From a virus: a stretch of DNA of 64,000 nucleotides. Each line of letters starts with the position of its first letter. Position 1 is the stretch's first letter. Below are positions 19,200 to 28,680 of the stretch, one piece after another. Under the pieces are notes generated by a model, which was given only the letters and a program-made list of their open reading frames with translations, did not search any database and was not told the origin of the DNA. The stretch is taken from IMG/VR virus record IMGVR_UViG_3300043449_002450, positions 96,001-160,000 of that record; one strand, given 5' to 3'. A program made the position numbers and the translations under genes.

Positions 19200-20152
19200 C
19201 TGGAGATGCATCGATTCTATTGGTCGATGCACTCAACCTCTTCACGAGGCATTACGTAGCACATCCCGCTTTGGGTGAGAACGGTAATCATGTTGGAGGC
19301 ATTGTTGGGTTTCTCAACGAGGTCAAGAACATGTGCTTCCGTTTTCGCCCAAAGCGAGTCTACGTTGTCTGGGAAGGCGGTGGGTCCTCGCGCCGTCGGG
19401 CTCTTTACCCAGACTACAAGGGACACCGTCGTCCCGAACGTCTTAACAGGTATTACGAGAATGATATACCGCAGACTGTGTCAGACCGTAATGACCAGAT
19501 AGCCGCACTAGTCAAGATCATGAAATCGATGCCGATCTGCCAGATGTATGCGCAAGATTGCGAAGCAGATGATGTCATTGCTTACATCTGTCGATACCTG
19601 CATGCTGATTGTCTTCACGTCATCTTGTCTGCAGATAAAGACTACTACCAACTTATTCGTGACAATTCCATCATCTACTCGCCCACCTGGAAGAAGATTG
19701 TGGACACAGCGGATGTGATCAATAGATTCGGAGCGCACCCAAATAACTTTGCTCTTGCAAAGTCAATCTGTGGAGATGACTCAGATAATATACCCGGTGT
19801 TAGCGGGGTTGGGTTTAAGACACTTTCAAAGAGATTCCCAGAGCTACTAGGTGAGAGCGATATAAGGCTGGACCAGTTCATGGAGTTGGCCCGTCAGCGT
19901 CAGACAGGTAAGGTCAAGGTGATTAATGAGATCGTCAACTCTAACGATCTGATCGCTAGAAACTGGCAGCTTGTTCACCTTGACACAGCATCGATTCATC
20001 CACAACAAATAGCTAAAATCACGCACACCTATGAAAATTGGGAGCCCAAGCGAGATAAAATCTCTCTTGTGAGAGACATACAAAAAATCGGTGTAAGGAA
20101 CTTTGATACGGATTCTCTGTTCTATGCCGTTAGCCACATTGGTGCAAAATGA
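19196..20152 (+). CDS. 5'-3' exonuclease / flap endonuclease (PolI N-terminal or T4 RNase H-like)
   Basis: LLVDALN, YPDYKGHR, EADDVIA, SADKDYYQL, GDDSDNIPGVSGVG. Confidence 0.9.
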   Translation: MTGDASILLVDALNLFTRHYVAHPALGENGNHVGGIVGFLNEVKNMCFRFRPKRVYVVWEGGGSSRRRALYPDYKGHRRPERLNRYYENDIPQTVSDRNDQIAALVKIMKSMPICQMYAQDCEADDVIAYICRYLHADCLHVILSADKDYYQLIRDNSIIYSPTWKKIVDTADVINRFGAHPNNFALAKSICGDDSDNIPGVSGVGFKTLSKRFPELLGESDIRLDQFMELARQRQTGKVKVINEIVNSNDLIARNWQLVHLDTASIHPQQIAKITHTYENWEPKRDKISLVRDIQKIGVRNFDTDSLFYAVSHIGAK

Positions 20153-21522
20153 GTGATGCTTACTTTAGCCAGTATGGGAAGGGATTCCAAGAGAAGATCT
20201 TCCAGGCATTCTTGACAGATCGTCCCTGGGCAACGCAGATGATCGAGATCATGACGCCGCAATACTTCGATCTCAAGTATCTGCAGTATCTGTGCAACAG
20301 CTACTTCAATTACTACAAGAAATACAAGGACTTTCCCACCCTAAACTTGCTCATCACTATCATACGTGATGATCTTCGAGAGGGGAAGGATACTATCCTT
20401 CGTGACCAGATCGTTGATTTCTTGCAGCGGATTCGTGTCAACCCAGACATGGGTGATATTGCCTATGTCAAGGAAAAGACTCTCGACTTTTGTCGAAAGC
20501 AAGCGATGAAAGATGCGCTAGAAAAAGCTGTCGAGATGATCGCCACAGATAATTTAGATTCTGTTGTCGGTGTCATGAAGCAGGCCCTGTCTGCAGGGAC
20601 TCCAGCCACAACAGGGCATGATTTCTTCGCAGATATCGAGGCAAGATTTGTCAAGACCCGACGCTCTACATGTCCGACTGGAATCAAGCATCTTGATGCA
20701 CAGGACATTCTCAACGGGGGTCTAGGTAAAGGTGAGCTCGGCGTTGTAGTTGCACCTACTGGTGTCGGCAAGAGTCACTATCTTGTGTCCGTGGGTGCTC
20801 ACGCTCTCAAGATGGGGAAGAACGTGCTGCACTACACATTCGAGCTATCAGAAGCTGCAGTCGGTCTAAGATATGATTCAAATTTGTGCAGCATACCAAG
20901 CAATGATGTCATTGATAAGAAAGAAGAAGTCTTATCTTTCTACAAGGACAACCAGGATCTCGGGCGCCTGATCATCAAAGAATATCCAACGGGAACTGCA
21001 TCTGTTCAAACGCTTCGAAACCACATCGAGAAGCTACTGCTAAAGTCTTTCACGCCTAACATTATCTTGATTGACTACGCTGACATCATGCGTTCGTCAC
21101 GGGCATTTGATTCTCTTAGGCATGAATTGAAGCTTGTCTACGAGGAGCTACGAAATTTGGCGATGGATCTCAATGTTCCTATCTGGACAGCGTCACAGGC
21201 AAATCGTGATGCAGCAAATTCTGATGTCGTCGGTCTAGAAAATATGTCTGAGGCGTATGGCAAGGCGATGGTTGCTGACGTTGTTGTCTCTGTCTCACGA
21301 AAGCCAAATGAGAAGGCGACGGGTGCGGGCCGGCTCTTTGTTGCAAAGAATCGTGCTGGTCGGGATGGCATGCTCTTCCCGATTCGAATAGATACTGCTA
21401 TGTCGAAGTTCACTGTCCTAGAAGACGCAGCAGAGATGTCCATGGATGATGTGTTAGCTACCGACAAGACGAGCATGAAGAATCTGCTCAAAGAGAAGTG
21501 GCGCGAGGTTAACTCAAAGTAG
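20149..21522 (+). CDS. DnaB-like replicative helicase (gp41-like)
   Basis: APTGVGKS, TFEL, IDYADIM, WTASQANR, KNRAG. Confidence 0.92.
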   Translation: MSDAYFSQYGKGFQEKIFQAFLTDRPWATQMIEIMTPQYFDLKYLQYLCNSYFNYYKKYKDFPTLNLLITIIRDDLREGKDTILRDQIVDFLQRIRVNPDMGDIAYVKEKTLDFCRKQAMKDALEKAVEMIATDNLDSVVGVMKQALSAGTPATTGHDFFADIEARFVKTRRSTCPTGIKHLDAQDILNGGLGKGELGVVVAPTGVGKSHYLVSVGAHALKMGKNVLHYTFELSEAAVGLRYDSNLCSIPSNDVIDKKEEVLSFYKDNQDLGRLIIKEYPTGTASVQTLRNHIEKLLLKSFTPNIILIDYADIMRSSRAFDSLRHELKLVYEELRNLAMDLNVPIWTASQANRDAANSDVVGLENMSEAYGKAMVADVVVSVSRKPNEKATGAGRLFVAKNRAGRDGMLFPIRIDTAMSKFTVLEDAAEMSMDDVLATDKTSMKNLLKEKWREVNSK

Positions 21523-21556
21523 CCGCCCTGTAACTTAATTGGAGAGTATAACAAGA

Positions 21557-24028
21557 ATGTCTGACCAATCTGTCATTGATTATTTCGGCGGCGATGATCT
21601 CGCTGCCGATGTATTTGGTAAATACATCCTCAGGGATGCGCAGGGCAATCAGCTTGAGCGTTCACCTGTCGATATGCATCGGCGTCTTGCCAGAGAATTC
21701 GCACGAATAGAGGAAAAGTATCCAAACCCGATGTCGGAGGATGAGATCTTTAGACTTCTTGATGGATTCAAGCAGGTTGTCCCGCAGGGTTCACCGTTGT
21801 CAGGAATTGGCAACCCATACCAGCTGCAAAGTCTATCCAACTGCTTTGTGGTCGACCAGCCCCACGACAGCTACGCGGGCATCCTGTTCACAGATCAGGA
21901 GCAGGTCCAGATCATGAAGCGCCGAGGTGGAGTCGGATTTGACATCTCCACGATCCGCCCAAAGGGCCAACCGACTTCCAATGCTGCCCGGACGACAGAC
22001 GGTATTGGTGTCTTCATGGAGAGGTTCAGCAACACCTGTCGTGAAGTTGCCCAGGGAGGCCGGCGCGGCGCGCTCATGCTCACGATCGATTGTCGTCACC
22101 CCGAGATCGAGACCTTCATCGACATCAAGCGCGACCTGAAGAAGGTCACTGGTGCCAACATCTCGATCCGCTTCACCGATGAGTTCATGAAGGCAGTGGA
22201 GAGCAACGTCGGGTTCTGCCTCCGCTGGCCAGTCGAGGCACGCCCCGAGGACGCAGAGATCGTCAAGATGGTCGACGCGAAGCAGATATGGGACAAGTTT
22301 GTCGACGCCGCATGGGCTTCTGCAGAGCCCGGAGCACTGTTCTGGGATGCTGTGGTCAATAACGGAATTGTCGATTGTTATCGTGATGTTGGCTACAAGA
22401 CGATCTCTACAAATCCGTGCGGTGAGATCCCGCTCAGCCCCTACGACTCCTGTCGCTTGATGGTTGTCAATCTCACGTCGTTTGTCAATGGTCCGTTTAG
22501 CGCGAATCCATCGTTTGATTTTGCAAGATTTAATGATGTTGTCATGAAAGCGCAGCGACTCATGGACGATCTTGTGGATCTCGAGGTGGAGTGCGTCGAT
22601 CGGATCCTCGAGAAGATTGAGAGAGATCCCCAGCCTGAGAATGTGAAGGCCATCGAGCTGCAGCTCTGGAAGAAGATTCGCGCGGCAGGTCTCAACGGTC
22701 GTAGAACAGGTCTAGGAGTAACAGGACTTGGTGACACGCTTGCCGCGCTAAACATCCAGTATGGAAGCAAGTGCTCGATCGAAGTGACAGAGGAAATCTA
22801 CAAGGCTCTCGCGGTCGGTGCTCATCGTTCATCTTTGGTCATGGCGAAAGAGCGCGGTGCATTCCCAGTGTGGGACTACCAGAAAGAGAAGGATCACCCC
22901 TATCTTCAGAAAGTGATAAACACATGCAACGGTGAATATCATGACATGTGGCGAACCACAGGCCGTCGAAACATCGCGCTAACAACAACTGCGCCTGTTG
23001 GATCGATCTCCTGCCTCACGCAGACCACAAGCGGAATCGAGCCCGCATTCCTCCTCTCCTATAAGCGTCGCCGCAAGATTACACAAAGTGATACTAAGAC
23101 TGTTCCAGACTTCGTAGACCCATTGGGTGATAAGTGGCAAGAATATACTGTCTACCACCACTGGTTCAAGAAGTGGATGGAAGTGACAGGAAAGTCAGAT
23201 CCAAAAGAGAGCCCATACTGGGGTGGAACTGCCAACGATATTGATTGGGTAAAATCAGTTGAGATCCAGGCAGCAGCACAGCGGTGGATCGACCACAGTA
23301 TTAGCAAGACTTGCAATCTTCCAAACACAGCCACACGTGAGATCGTCAATGACGTCTATCTTAAGGCGTGGCGCGAGGGATGCAAGGGATTCACGGTCTA
23401 CCGTGACGGATGCAGGACAGGTGTTCTCATCTCAACAGAGGAGAAGAAAGAGACACCCAAGACTGCTGCAGACGTCCATCCCAAGCGCCCCAAGGAGCTA
23501 CCTTGTGACATCCACCGCGTCAACATAAAGGACGATGCGGGAAATACACAGTCATGGATGGTCTTGGTCGGCCTTAAAGATGGCGCACCATACGAAGTCT
23601 TCAGCGGCCTAGCAGAGCACATCGAGGTCCCCAAGAAGACCAAGAGTGGTGTCCTCATCCGTAACGGCAAGAAGGACGGTGTTGCCACCTACAACCTTCG
23701 TGTCCCAGTCGGCAATGACGATGAGATCCTCTTCAAGGACGTGGTGAACCTGTTCGCCAACCCGACACAGGGTGCCTTCACGAGGACGATCTCTCTGGCA
23801 CTCCGGCACGGCATCCCGGTCAACTTCGTGGTAGACCAGCTCCAGAAGGATAAGGACTCAGATATGTTCACGTTCTCACGGTGTGTCGCTCGTGTTCTCA
23901 AGGGCTACATTCCAGATGGGACCAAGTCGACGTCGGAGAAGAAGTGCAAGGAGTGCGGTAGCGATCAGGTCTTCTACATGGAAGGATGCATCACCTGCCA
24001 GTCTTGCGGTTCTAGCAAGTGCTCTTAA
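21557..24028 (+). CDS. nrdJ: Class II (B12-dependent) ribonucleotide reductase
   Basis: SNCFV, GGVG, RRGALM, TNPCGE, GLGVTG, APVGS, SGIEP, VYRDG, C-terminal CxxC...CxxC; no beta-subunit gene nearby. Confidence 0.9.
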   Translation: MSDQSVIDYFGGDDLAADVFGKYILRDAQGNQLERSPVDMHRRLAREFARIEEKYPNPMSEDEIFRLLDGFKQVVPQGSPLSGIGNPYQLQSLSNCFVVDQPHDSYAGILFTDQEQVQIMKRRGGVGFDISTIRPKGQPTSNAARTTDGIGVFMERFSNTCREVAQGGRRGALMLTIDCRHPEIETFIDIKRDLKKVTGANISIRFTDEFMKAVESNVGFCLRWPVEARPEDAEIVKMVDAKQIWDKFVDAAWASAEPGALFWDAVVNNGIVDCYRDVGYKTISTNPCGEIPLSPYDSCRLMVVNLTSFVNGPFSANPSFDFARFNDVVMKAQRLMDDLVDLEVECVDRILEKIERDPQPENVKAIELQLWKKIRAAGLNGRRTGLGVTGLGDTLAALNIQYGSKCSIEVTEEIYKALAVGAHRSSLVMAKERGAFPVWDYQKEKDHPYLQKVINTCNGEYHDMWRTTGRRNIALTTTAPVGSISCLTQTTSGIEPAFLLSYKRRRKITQSDTKTVPDFVDPLGDKWQEYTVYHHWFKKWMEVTGKSDPKESPYWGGTANDIDWVKSVEIQAAAQRWIDHSISKTCNLPNTATREIVNDVYLKAWREGCKGFTVYRDGCRTGVLISTEEKKETPKTAADVHPKRPKELPCDIHRVNIKDDAGNTQSWMVLVGLKDGAPYEVFSGLAEHIEVPKKTKSGVLIRNGKKDGVATYNLRVPVGNDDEILFKDVVNLFANPTQGAFTRTISLALRHGIPVNFVVDQLQKDKDSDMFTFSRCVARVLKGYIPDGTKSTSEKKCKECGSDQVFYMEGCITCQSCGSSKCS

Positions 24029-24060
24029 TAAATTGATCGAGAGACGCGTATAATAGATGT

Positions 24061-24663
24061 ATGAACATCATCACACGCGTCTCTCCCCTCATTAAGGAAT
24101 GCGAACTTCGCGCTCCGCCTATCATCATCCGCGTCAATAAGTTCGATGAGGACTCAGCAAAGGAGTTTGTCCAGCACATGTCGATTGCCCAGTCTTCTGG
24201 GCAAAATGTGATTCCTGTCGTCATCGACAGCTATGGCGGTCAGGTCTACTCTCTTATGACCATGATCGATGCAATCAAGGGGTCACGAGTTCCTGTCGCG
24301 ACCATCGTCGAGGGTAAGGCGATGTCCTGCGGCGCTGTCCTGTTGACTTGTGGCGCGCCTGGCATGCGCTATGCATCTCCTCACTCCACCATCATGATCC
24401 ACGAGGTAGCGTCTGGTGGTGCTGGCAAGGTCGAGGAGATCAAGGCAGATGCCAAGGAGACAGATCGACTCAATGAGAAGATCTTCAAGCTTATGGCAGA
24501 CAACATTGGTAAGGATGAATCATTCTTCCTCGATGAGATCCATCACAAGAAGCATGCAGACTGGTATCTTGAGCCAGAAGAAGCAAAAGAGATTGGCCTT
24601 ATTAACCATGTTAAGATTCCAGAGATGATGTTAACTGTTGACGTCAAATATAAGTTTGAATAG
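24061..24663 (+). CDS. clpP: ClpP-like serine protease
   Basis: IDSYGG, AMSCGA (Ser), IMIHE (His), DWYL...EAKEIGLI. Confidence 0.88.
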   Translation: MNIITRVSPLIKECELRAPPIIIRVNKFDEDSAKEFVQHMSIAQSSGQNVIPVVIDSYGGQVYSLMTMIDAIKGSRVPVATIVEGKAMSCGAVLLTCGAPGMRYASPHSTIMIHEVASGGAGKVEEIKADAKETDRLNEKIFKLMADNIGKDESFFLDEIHHKKHADWYLEPEEAKEIGLINHVKIPEMMLTVDVKYKFE

Positions 24664-24949
24664 AAGAGCAGAACTACTATTAAAAGTTGTCACATGGAGA
24701 CTCTTCTCCATGTGTTACGGCTTTTCGATCGCATACTTTTTCACAAATAACGCCATGGAATCTCTAGGAATTGTGGCTCTAACAGGATCCACTTTGACAC
24801 TTTTGCAGTGGCTTTTTGAGATTTTGTGGGATAACCACATCAGGGAGCGCTTAAGATATGCCCTTTCAAGAGAACAAGGTAGAGCTAGTTGGCTATTATG
24901 GTGGCGACGAGGCACACGCGCTGTCAGCGTGGACGAGCACAAGCCGTGA
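24638..24949 (+). CDS. Small membrane protein (DUF2061-like); start uncertain
   Basis: LLKVVTWR...IAYFFT...FEILW with two hydrophobic segments. Confidence 0.55.
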   Translation: MTSNISLNRRAELLLKVVTWRLFSMCYGFSIAYFFTNNAMESLGIVALTGSTLTLLQWLFEILWDNHIRERLRYALSREQGRASWLLWWRRGTRAVSVDEHKP

Positions 24950-25523
24950 CCTAACAGAGGAGAAGCGGAATCGAATCCCGACGCTCCTAAAAATGCTTGC
25001 AGAAAATGGACACGAGACACCGTTTGAGAAGAGCTCACTTCATTTTCTAGTGACAGTTGACACAGCAACACACATCCACCTCCTAAAGCATCGCATTGGC
25101 GTGTCCATTAATGGCGAATCAGCACGCTACAAAGAGCTGCGTGATGATAAATACTTTCTTCCAAAAGACTGGCCGCTAGAGGAGCAGGCGCTTTATGTTG
25201 CCTTCATGGAGGACGCTCTCATGCGCTATCATGATGCGCTCGAGCGCTTCTTCGAGAATGGCATGAATCGAAAGCGTGCGAAAGAATCGGCTAGATTCTA
25301 CCTTCCCTATGGCAACCAGGTTACATTGGATGTGATGTTTAACTGGAGATCTTTTAACCACTTTCTTGGCCTACGCATGAAGCAAGACGCCCAGAGAGAA
25401 GTTAGAGAGCTAGCAGAAAAGATGCTACTCCTAGTAAGGAACATTCCAGGTGATCCGTTCAAGCACACGATCGAAGCATTCGGTCATCTTGATGATGTCG
25501 AGCAGTTTTCTCCGCCTTACTAA
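24858..25523 (+). CDS. thyX: Flavin-dependent thymidylate synthase
   Basis: GHETPFE, KHRIGVSINGESARY, ESARFYLP, NWRS..HF..LR...AQRE. Confidence 0.92.
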   Translation: MPFQENKVELVGYYGGDEAHALSAWTSTSRDLTEEKRNRIPTLLKMLAENGHETPFEKSSLHFLVTVDTATHIHLLKHRIGVSINGESARYKELRDDKYFLPKDWPLEEQALYVAFMEDALMRYHDALERFFENGMNRKRAKESARFYLPYGNQVTLDVMFNWRSFNHFLGLRMKQDAQREVRELAEKMLLLVRNIPGDPFKHTIEAFGHLDDVEQFSPPY

Positions 25524-25535
25524 TAAGTAAGAGCG

Positions 25536-25856
25536 ATGCCCTCAAAATACGCACCAGCACCCGACTCAACTTCACAGAAGGTCATTAGATTCTTCCTAAA
25601 GAAGCTAAAGAAGTCGGGTCATTCTGCATTTGAGATCGATAAGGAAACGAGACGCTTCACGTCGATCTATAGCTCTGTTGTCAATCATGCAATGAACGCA
25701 AAAGGTCAATCACGGAAGCAAGCGCACAAGTATGCCTTAAAGGTCTACACAGAGCAAGCCCCAAAATGGGCGGCCAAAGTTCTAAAGAAGAGTAAAGCTT
25801 CCAAAAAGAAGGCGCTCAAAGAGGTTATTAGGTTGATCATCGATACACTCATGTAA
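25536..25856 (+). CDS. Basic hypothetical late protein
   Basis: ATAAGTA 6 nt before the ATG; very Lys-rich. Confidence 0.6.
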   Translation: MPSKYAPAPDSTSQKVIRFFLKKLKKSGHSAFEIDKETRRFTSIYSSVVNHAMNAKGQSRKQAHKYALKVYTEQAPKWAAKVLKKSKASKKKALKEVIRLIIDTLM

Positions 25857-25879
25857 AACACAAAATTTGTGTTTATTAT
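25852..25879 (+). promoter_or_regulatory. Promoter TGTAAA-N16-TATTAT, leaderless start
   Basis: Recurrent motif; ATG 5 nt downstream; spacer holds the inverted repeat AAACACAAA/TTTGTGTTT. Confidence 0.6.
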
Positions 25880-25884
25880 GATTT

Positions 25885-26316
25885 ATGCGTGCTCCCCCGT
25901 CGCCTTATAGTCTAATACAAGAGAAGGTCCAGGATGATCCCTGGCGTGTCTTTGTTGTTTGCATATTCTGCAACTTGACTAAGCGTGTTGATGCCGAGCC
26001 CATCATGTGGAAGTTCTTTGACAGATGGCCAGACGCATCATCTGCTGCGCTTGCGGATCAAGAAGAGATCCGTCTAATGATCAAGGATCTTGGTCTTGGA
26101 GAACGACGTAGCAAGACCCTTGTAAGGATGTCTCAAGATTATCTTTCGTGGAACTCCCGTGACCCTGGAGACCTCTATGGTATTGGAGAATATGCAACAG
26201 CAGCCTACAAGATTTTCTGTGAACACGCGTGGAGCCAGATCGCTGAGCCAAAGGACGGCGCACTGAAGAAGTATTGGAAATGGATCAACAACGTGCAGGA
26301 GGTTAGAAATGCCTGA
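25885..26316 (+). CDS. MBD4-like HhH mismatch DNA glycosylase
   Basis: PPSPYSLIQE...DPW.....IFCN.T, LGL..R, LYGIGEYA..AYKIFC, P.D..L.KY..W is collinear with the MBD4 catalytic domain as recalled. Confidence 0.85.
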   Translation: MRAPPSPYSLIQEKVQDDPWRVFVVCIFCNLTKRVDAEPIMWKFFDRWPDASSAALADQEEIRLMIKDLGLGERRSKTLVRMSQDYLSWNSRDPGDLYGIGEYATAAYKIFCEHAWSQIAEPKDGALKKYWKWINNVQEVRNA

Positions 26317-27106
26317 GGGGCCAGAAGTTAGGATCGTTACAGACGGATTGCGACGCTCTATCCTAGACCAGAAAATTGTATCGGCATCTATTATAAGCGG
26401 TCGCTATGCTAAGCGCTCGCCTGATGGGTGGAACCTTCTGCAGGTTCCTAGGCAAGTTATTGATGTGAGCTGCAAGGGTAAATTTATCTACATGTCTCTT
26501 GAAGGCGACACATACCTTCTAAGCACGCTGGGTATGACAGGATCATGGTCATCAAATCTGACTAAGCACAGTCGAATTAAGATTGAGCTAGAGAGCGGTG
26601 GGACGGTCTACTTCAACGATATGAGAAATTTTGGGACAGTAAAATTGATCTCATCTCGGGACCAGCTAGATAAGAAGCTGAAAGAACTGGGACCTGATAT
26701 GCTATCTGAAGACGTGACAGATACAGTCTTTCTTAGATCTATTAGAAGATATAATAAGACACTAGCAGAAGTGTTAATGGACCAGAAAGTAGTTTGTGGT
26801 GTAGGAAACTATCTTAAATCAGAATCTCTATATTTTAGCGGTCTTGATCCTCACCGTCTAACATCAACTTTAAGTGACGAAGAAATTAAAAATCTTAATA
26901 AAGTCATCAAAAAGGTGATTAGAACTTCTTATGAGACAGGAGGCGCGACGATCTACACTTTCTCCAACTTTGATGGAGAGAAGGGCGATTACACCAAGCG
27001 TTTTGCTGTCTACAATCAGACCCAGGATCCTCTGGGCAACAAGATCAAAAGGGAAACGACAAGGGACGGTCGGACAACCTTTTGGGTTCCAGGAATTCAA
27101 AAATAA
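26309..27106 (+). CDS. Fpg/Nei DNA glycosylase-AP lyase, zincless type
   Basis: MPEGPE, KGKF, LGMTG, D.RNFG, LMDQ..V.GVGNY, GRTTFWVP with no Cys finger. Confidence 0.92.
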   Translation: MPEGPEVRIVTDGLRRSILDQKIVSASIISGRYAKRSPDGWNLLQVPRQVIDVSCKGKFIYMSLEGDTYLLSTLGMTGSWSSNLTKHSRIKIELESGGTVYFNDMRNFGTVKLISSRDQLDKKLKELGPDMLSEDVTDTVFLRSIRRYNKTLAEVLMDQKVVCGVGNYLKSESLYFSGLDPHRLTSTLSDEEIKNLNKVIKKVIRTSYETGGATIYTFSNFDGEKGDYTKRFAVYNQTQDPLGNKIKRETTRDGRTTFWVPGIQK

Positions 27107-27115
27107 GAGGAAAAG

Positions 27116-27361
27116 ATGGAAACAAATAGTTACAAGCTTTCTGATGATGTGATTGGTCAGGTTGCAAAGCTTCTACAGCTAGCCATTATCACAGGAACAG
27201 ACGTCGTCGACAATCTCAGGACCCTTAAGGTCAAGCTTGATGTCGATTCTGGTTTGGTTGTTCCAGACCCAGACTACATCAAGACTTTCGACGAGAACCT
27301 AACACGCCTTGTCGCAACAGCAGCGATGGTATCTGCTCATGACGATGAGGGAGAAAACTAG
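27116..27361 (+). CDS. Hypothetical protein
   Basis: GAGG RBS; tightly packed in the operon. Confidence 0.65.
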   Translation: METNSYKLSDDVIGQVAKLLQLAIITGTDVVDNLRTLKVKLDVDSGLVVPDPDYIKTFDENLTRLVATAAMVSAHDDEGEN

Positions 27362-27735
27362 TGGCCGATAAGCTCGATCTAATGTTTGATATGCGGGCCA
27401 AGTTCATGGATGAGCTTCGTAAGAAGCACCCGGACGCCTATCCAGACATGCCCGTTGATCTAACTAGCAAGAAGTCGCAACAGCACCTCAGGGATCTCGC
27501 TCTGCGTGGCGTCGAGGAGGTCTTTGAGGCTGTCCAGCACCTTAAGAACTGGAAGCCACATAGGGAGACTGAGGTCGCCGATTTTGATCGCGCGGCTTTC
27601 AAAGAGGAGATGGTTGATTCATTCAACTACTTCCTGTCTCTTCTCATCCTGATGGGTGTTACACCGGACGAACTTTACCAAGCTTACGTCGATAAAGATC
27701 AGGTCATACACGGTAGAATAAAAGGTAACTACTGA
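27361..27735 (+). CDS. All-alpha dNTP pyrophosphatase (dimeric dUTPase/dCTPase/MazG-like)
   Basis: EEVFEA...WKPH...EEMVD acidic metal-binding motif. Confidence 0.8.
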   Translation: MADKLDLMFDMRAKFMDELRKKHPDAYPDMPVDLTSKKSQQHLRDLALRGVEEVFEAVQHLKNWKPHRETEVADFDRAAFKEEMVDSFNYFLSLLILMGVTPDELYQAYVDKDQVIHGRIKGNY

Positions 27736-27742
27736 GGATCAT

Positions 27743-28678
27743 ATGAAATTGTCTGACGCGCTCCAGCGCCAGCGTGTGTTTTCTGATCTGTTCTTTGATT
27801 CCACCAAGTTTGATGATGCCAAGCGCGAGGAGATGACAAAGTCTTTCGCGCTTGCATTGCATGGCGAAGTATCAGAACTTATCAGCTCGATCAACTTCAA
27901 GGACCATCACTCAAATAGGAAAACTCCTGATCGGGAGAAGATCCTATACGAGTCGATCGACGTGATGCGTTATCTCTTCGCGATCATGAATGTATGGGGA
28001 TGTGAACCTGACGAGGTCGAGACAGCCTTTGAAGATAAGGACACATTCCTACACATGCGCCATCGTATCGAGAACGCAAAGTGGGACGGTCGCCCGGTCC
28101 TCCTCGTCGACGTCGATGATGTTATTGCGCACTTCAGGAAGGACTACTTCGAGTGGCTTAGCGACAAACACGGAATCAACATCCCGTTGGACTATCCGGA
28201 ATACTACGCATCCTCACCACTGCACGAGCGTGGCATCAACCCAGAAGCTTCCTTTAAGGAATTCATTAGCGAGCGTCGACTCCGTGTCATCGAGCCCATA
28301 GAGGGTGTCCGCGCCGTGCTTAGGGAGGCGCAGAAGATGGGTTTTTGGATCCAGCTTCTGACTGCACGTCCCGACCAGAATCTCATTTGCCTCTATGACA
28401 CCTACCACTGGATAGACAAGATGAGCATCCCATTTGATGGGATTGCTTTCAGCGGTGAAAAATACAGGTGGCTTGTGCAGAGTCAGTTTTATGGTCATGT
28501 AGCAGCATGCATCGATGATTCGCCCAAGCACGCGGCAGAGTATGCAAATCACGGTCTTCTTGTAATCTCACCGAAGCTTTCGTATAATGAATCATTGAGA
28601 GACGTAAAAAACGTCATTCGATATGGCAGCGTCGATGAGCTGCTTGAACAGATCACAGCACTTAAAGAAAAGAGGTAA
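27743..28678 (+). CDS. All-alpha NTP pyrophosphatase fused to a HAD 5'(3')-nucleotidase
   Basis: N-terminal GEVSEL...ESID; C-terminal DVDDVI, LTAR, IDDSP. Confidence 0.78.
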   Translation: MKLSDALQRQRVFSDLFFDSTKFDDAKREEMTKSFALALHGEVSELISSINFKDHHSNRKTPDREKILYESIDVMRYLFAIMNVWGCEPDEVETAFEDKDTFLHMRHRIENAKWDGRPVLLVDVDDVIAHFRKDYFEWLSDKHGINIPLDYPEYYASSPLHERGINPEASFKEFISERRLRVIEPIEGVRAVLREAQKMGFWIQLLTARPDQNLICLYDTYHWIDKMSIPFDGIAFSGEKYRWLVQSQFYGHVAACIDDSPKHAAEYANHGLLVISPKLSYNESLRDVKNVIRYGSVDELLEQITALKEKR

Positions 28679-28680
28679 AA

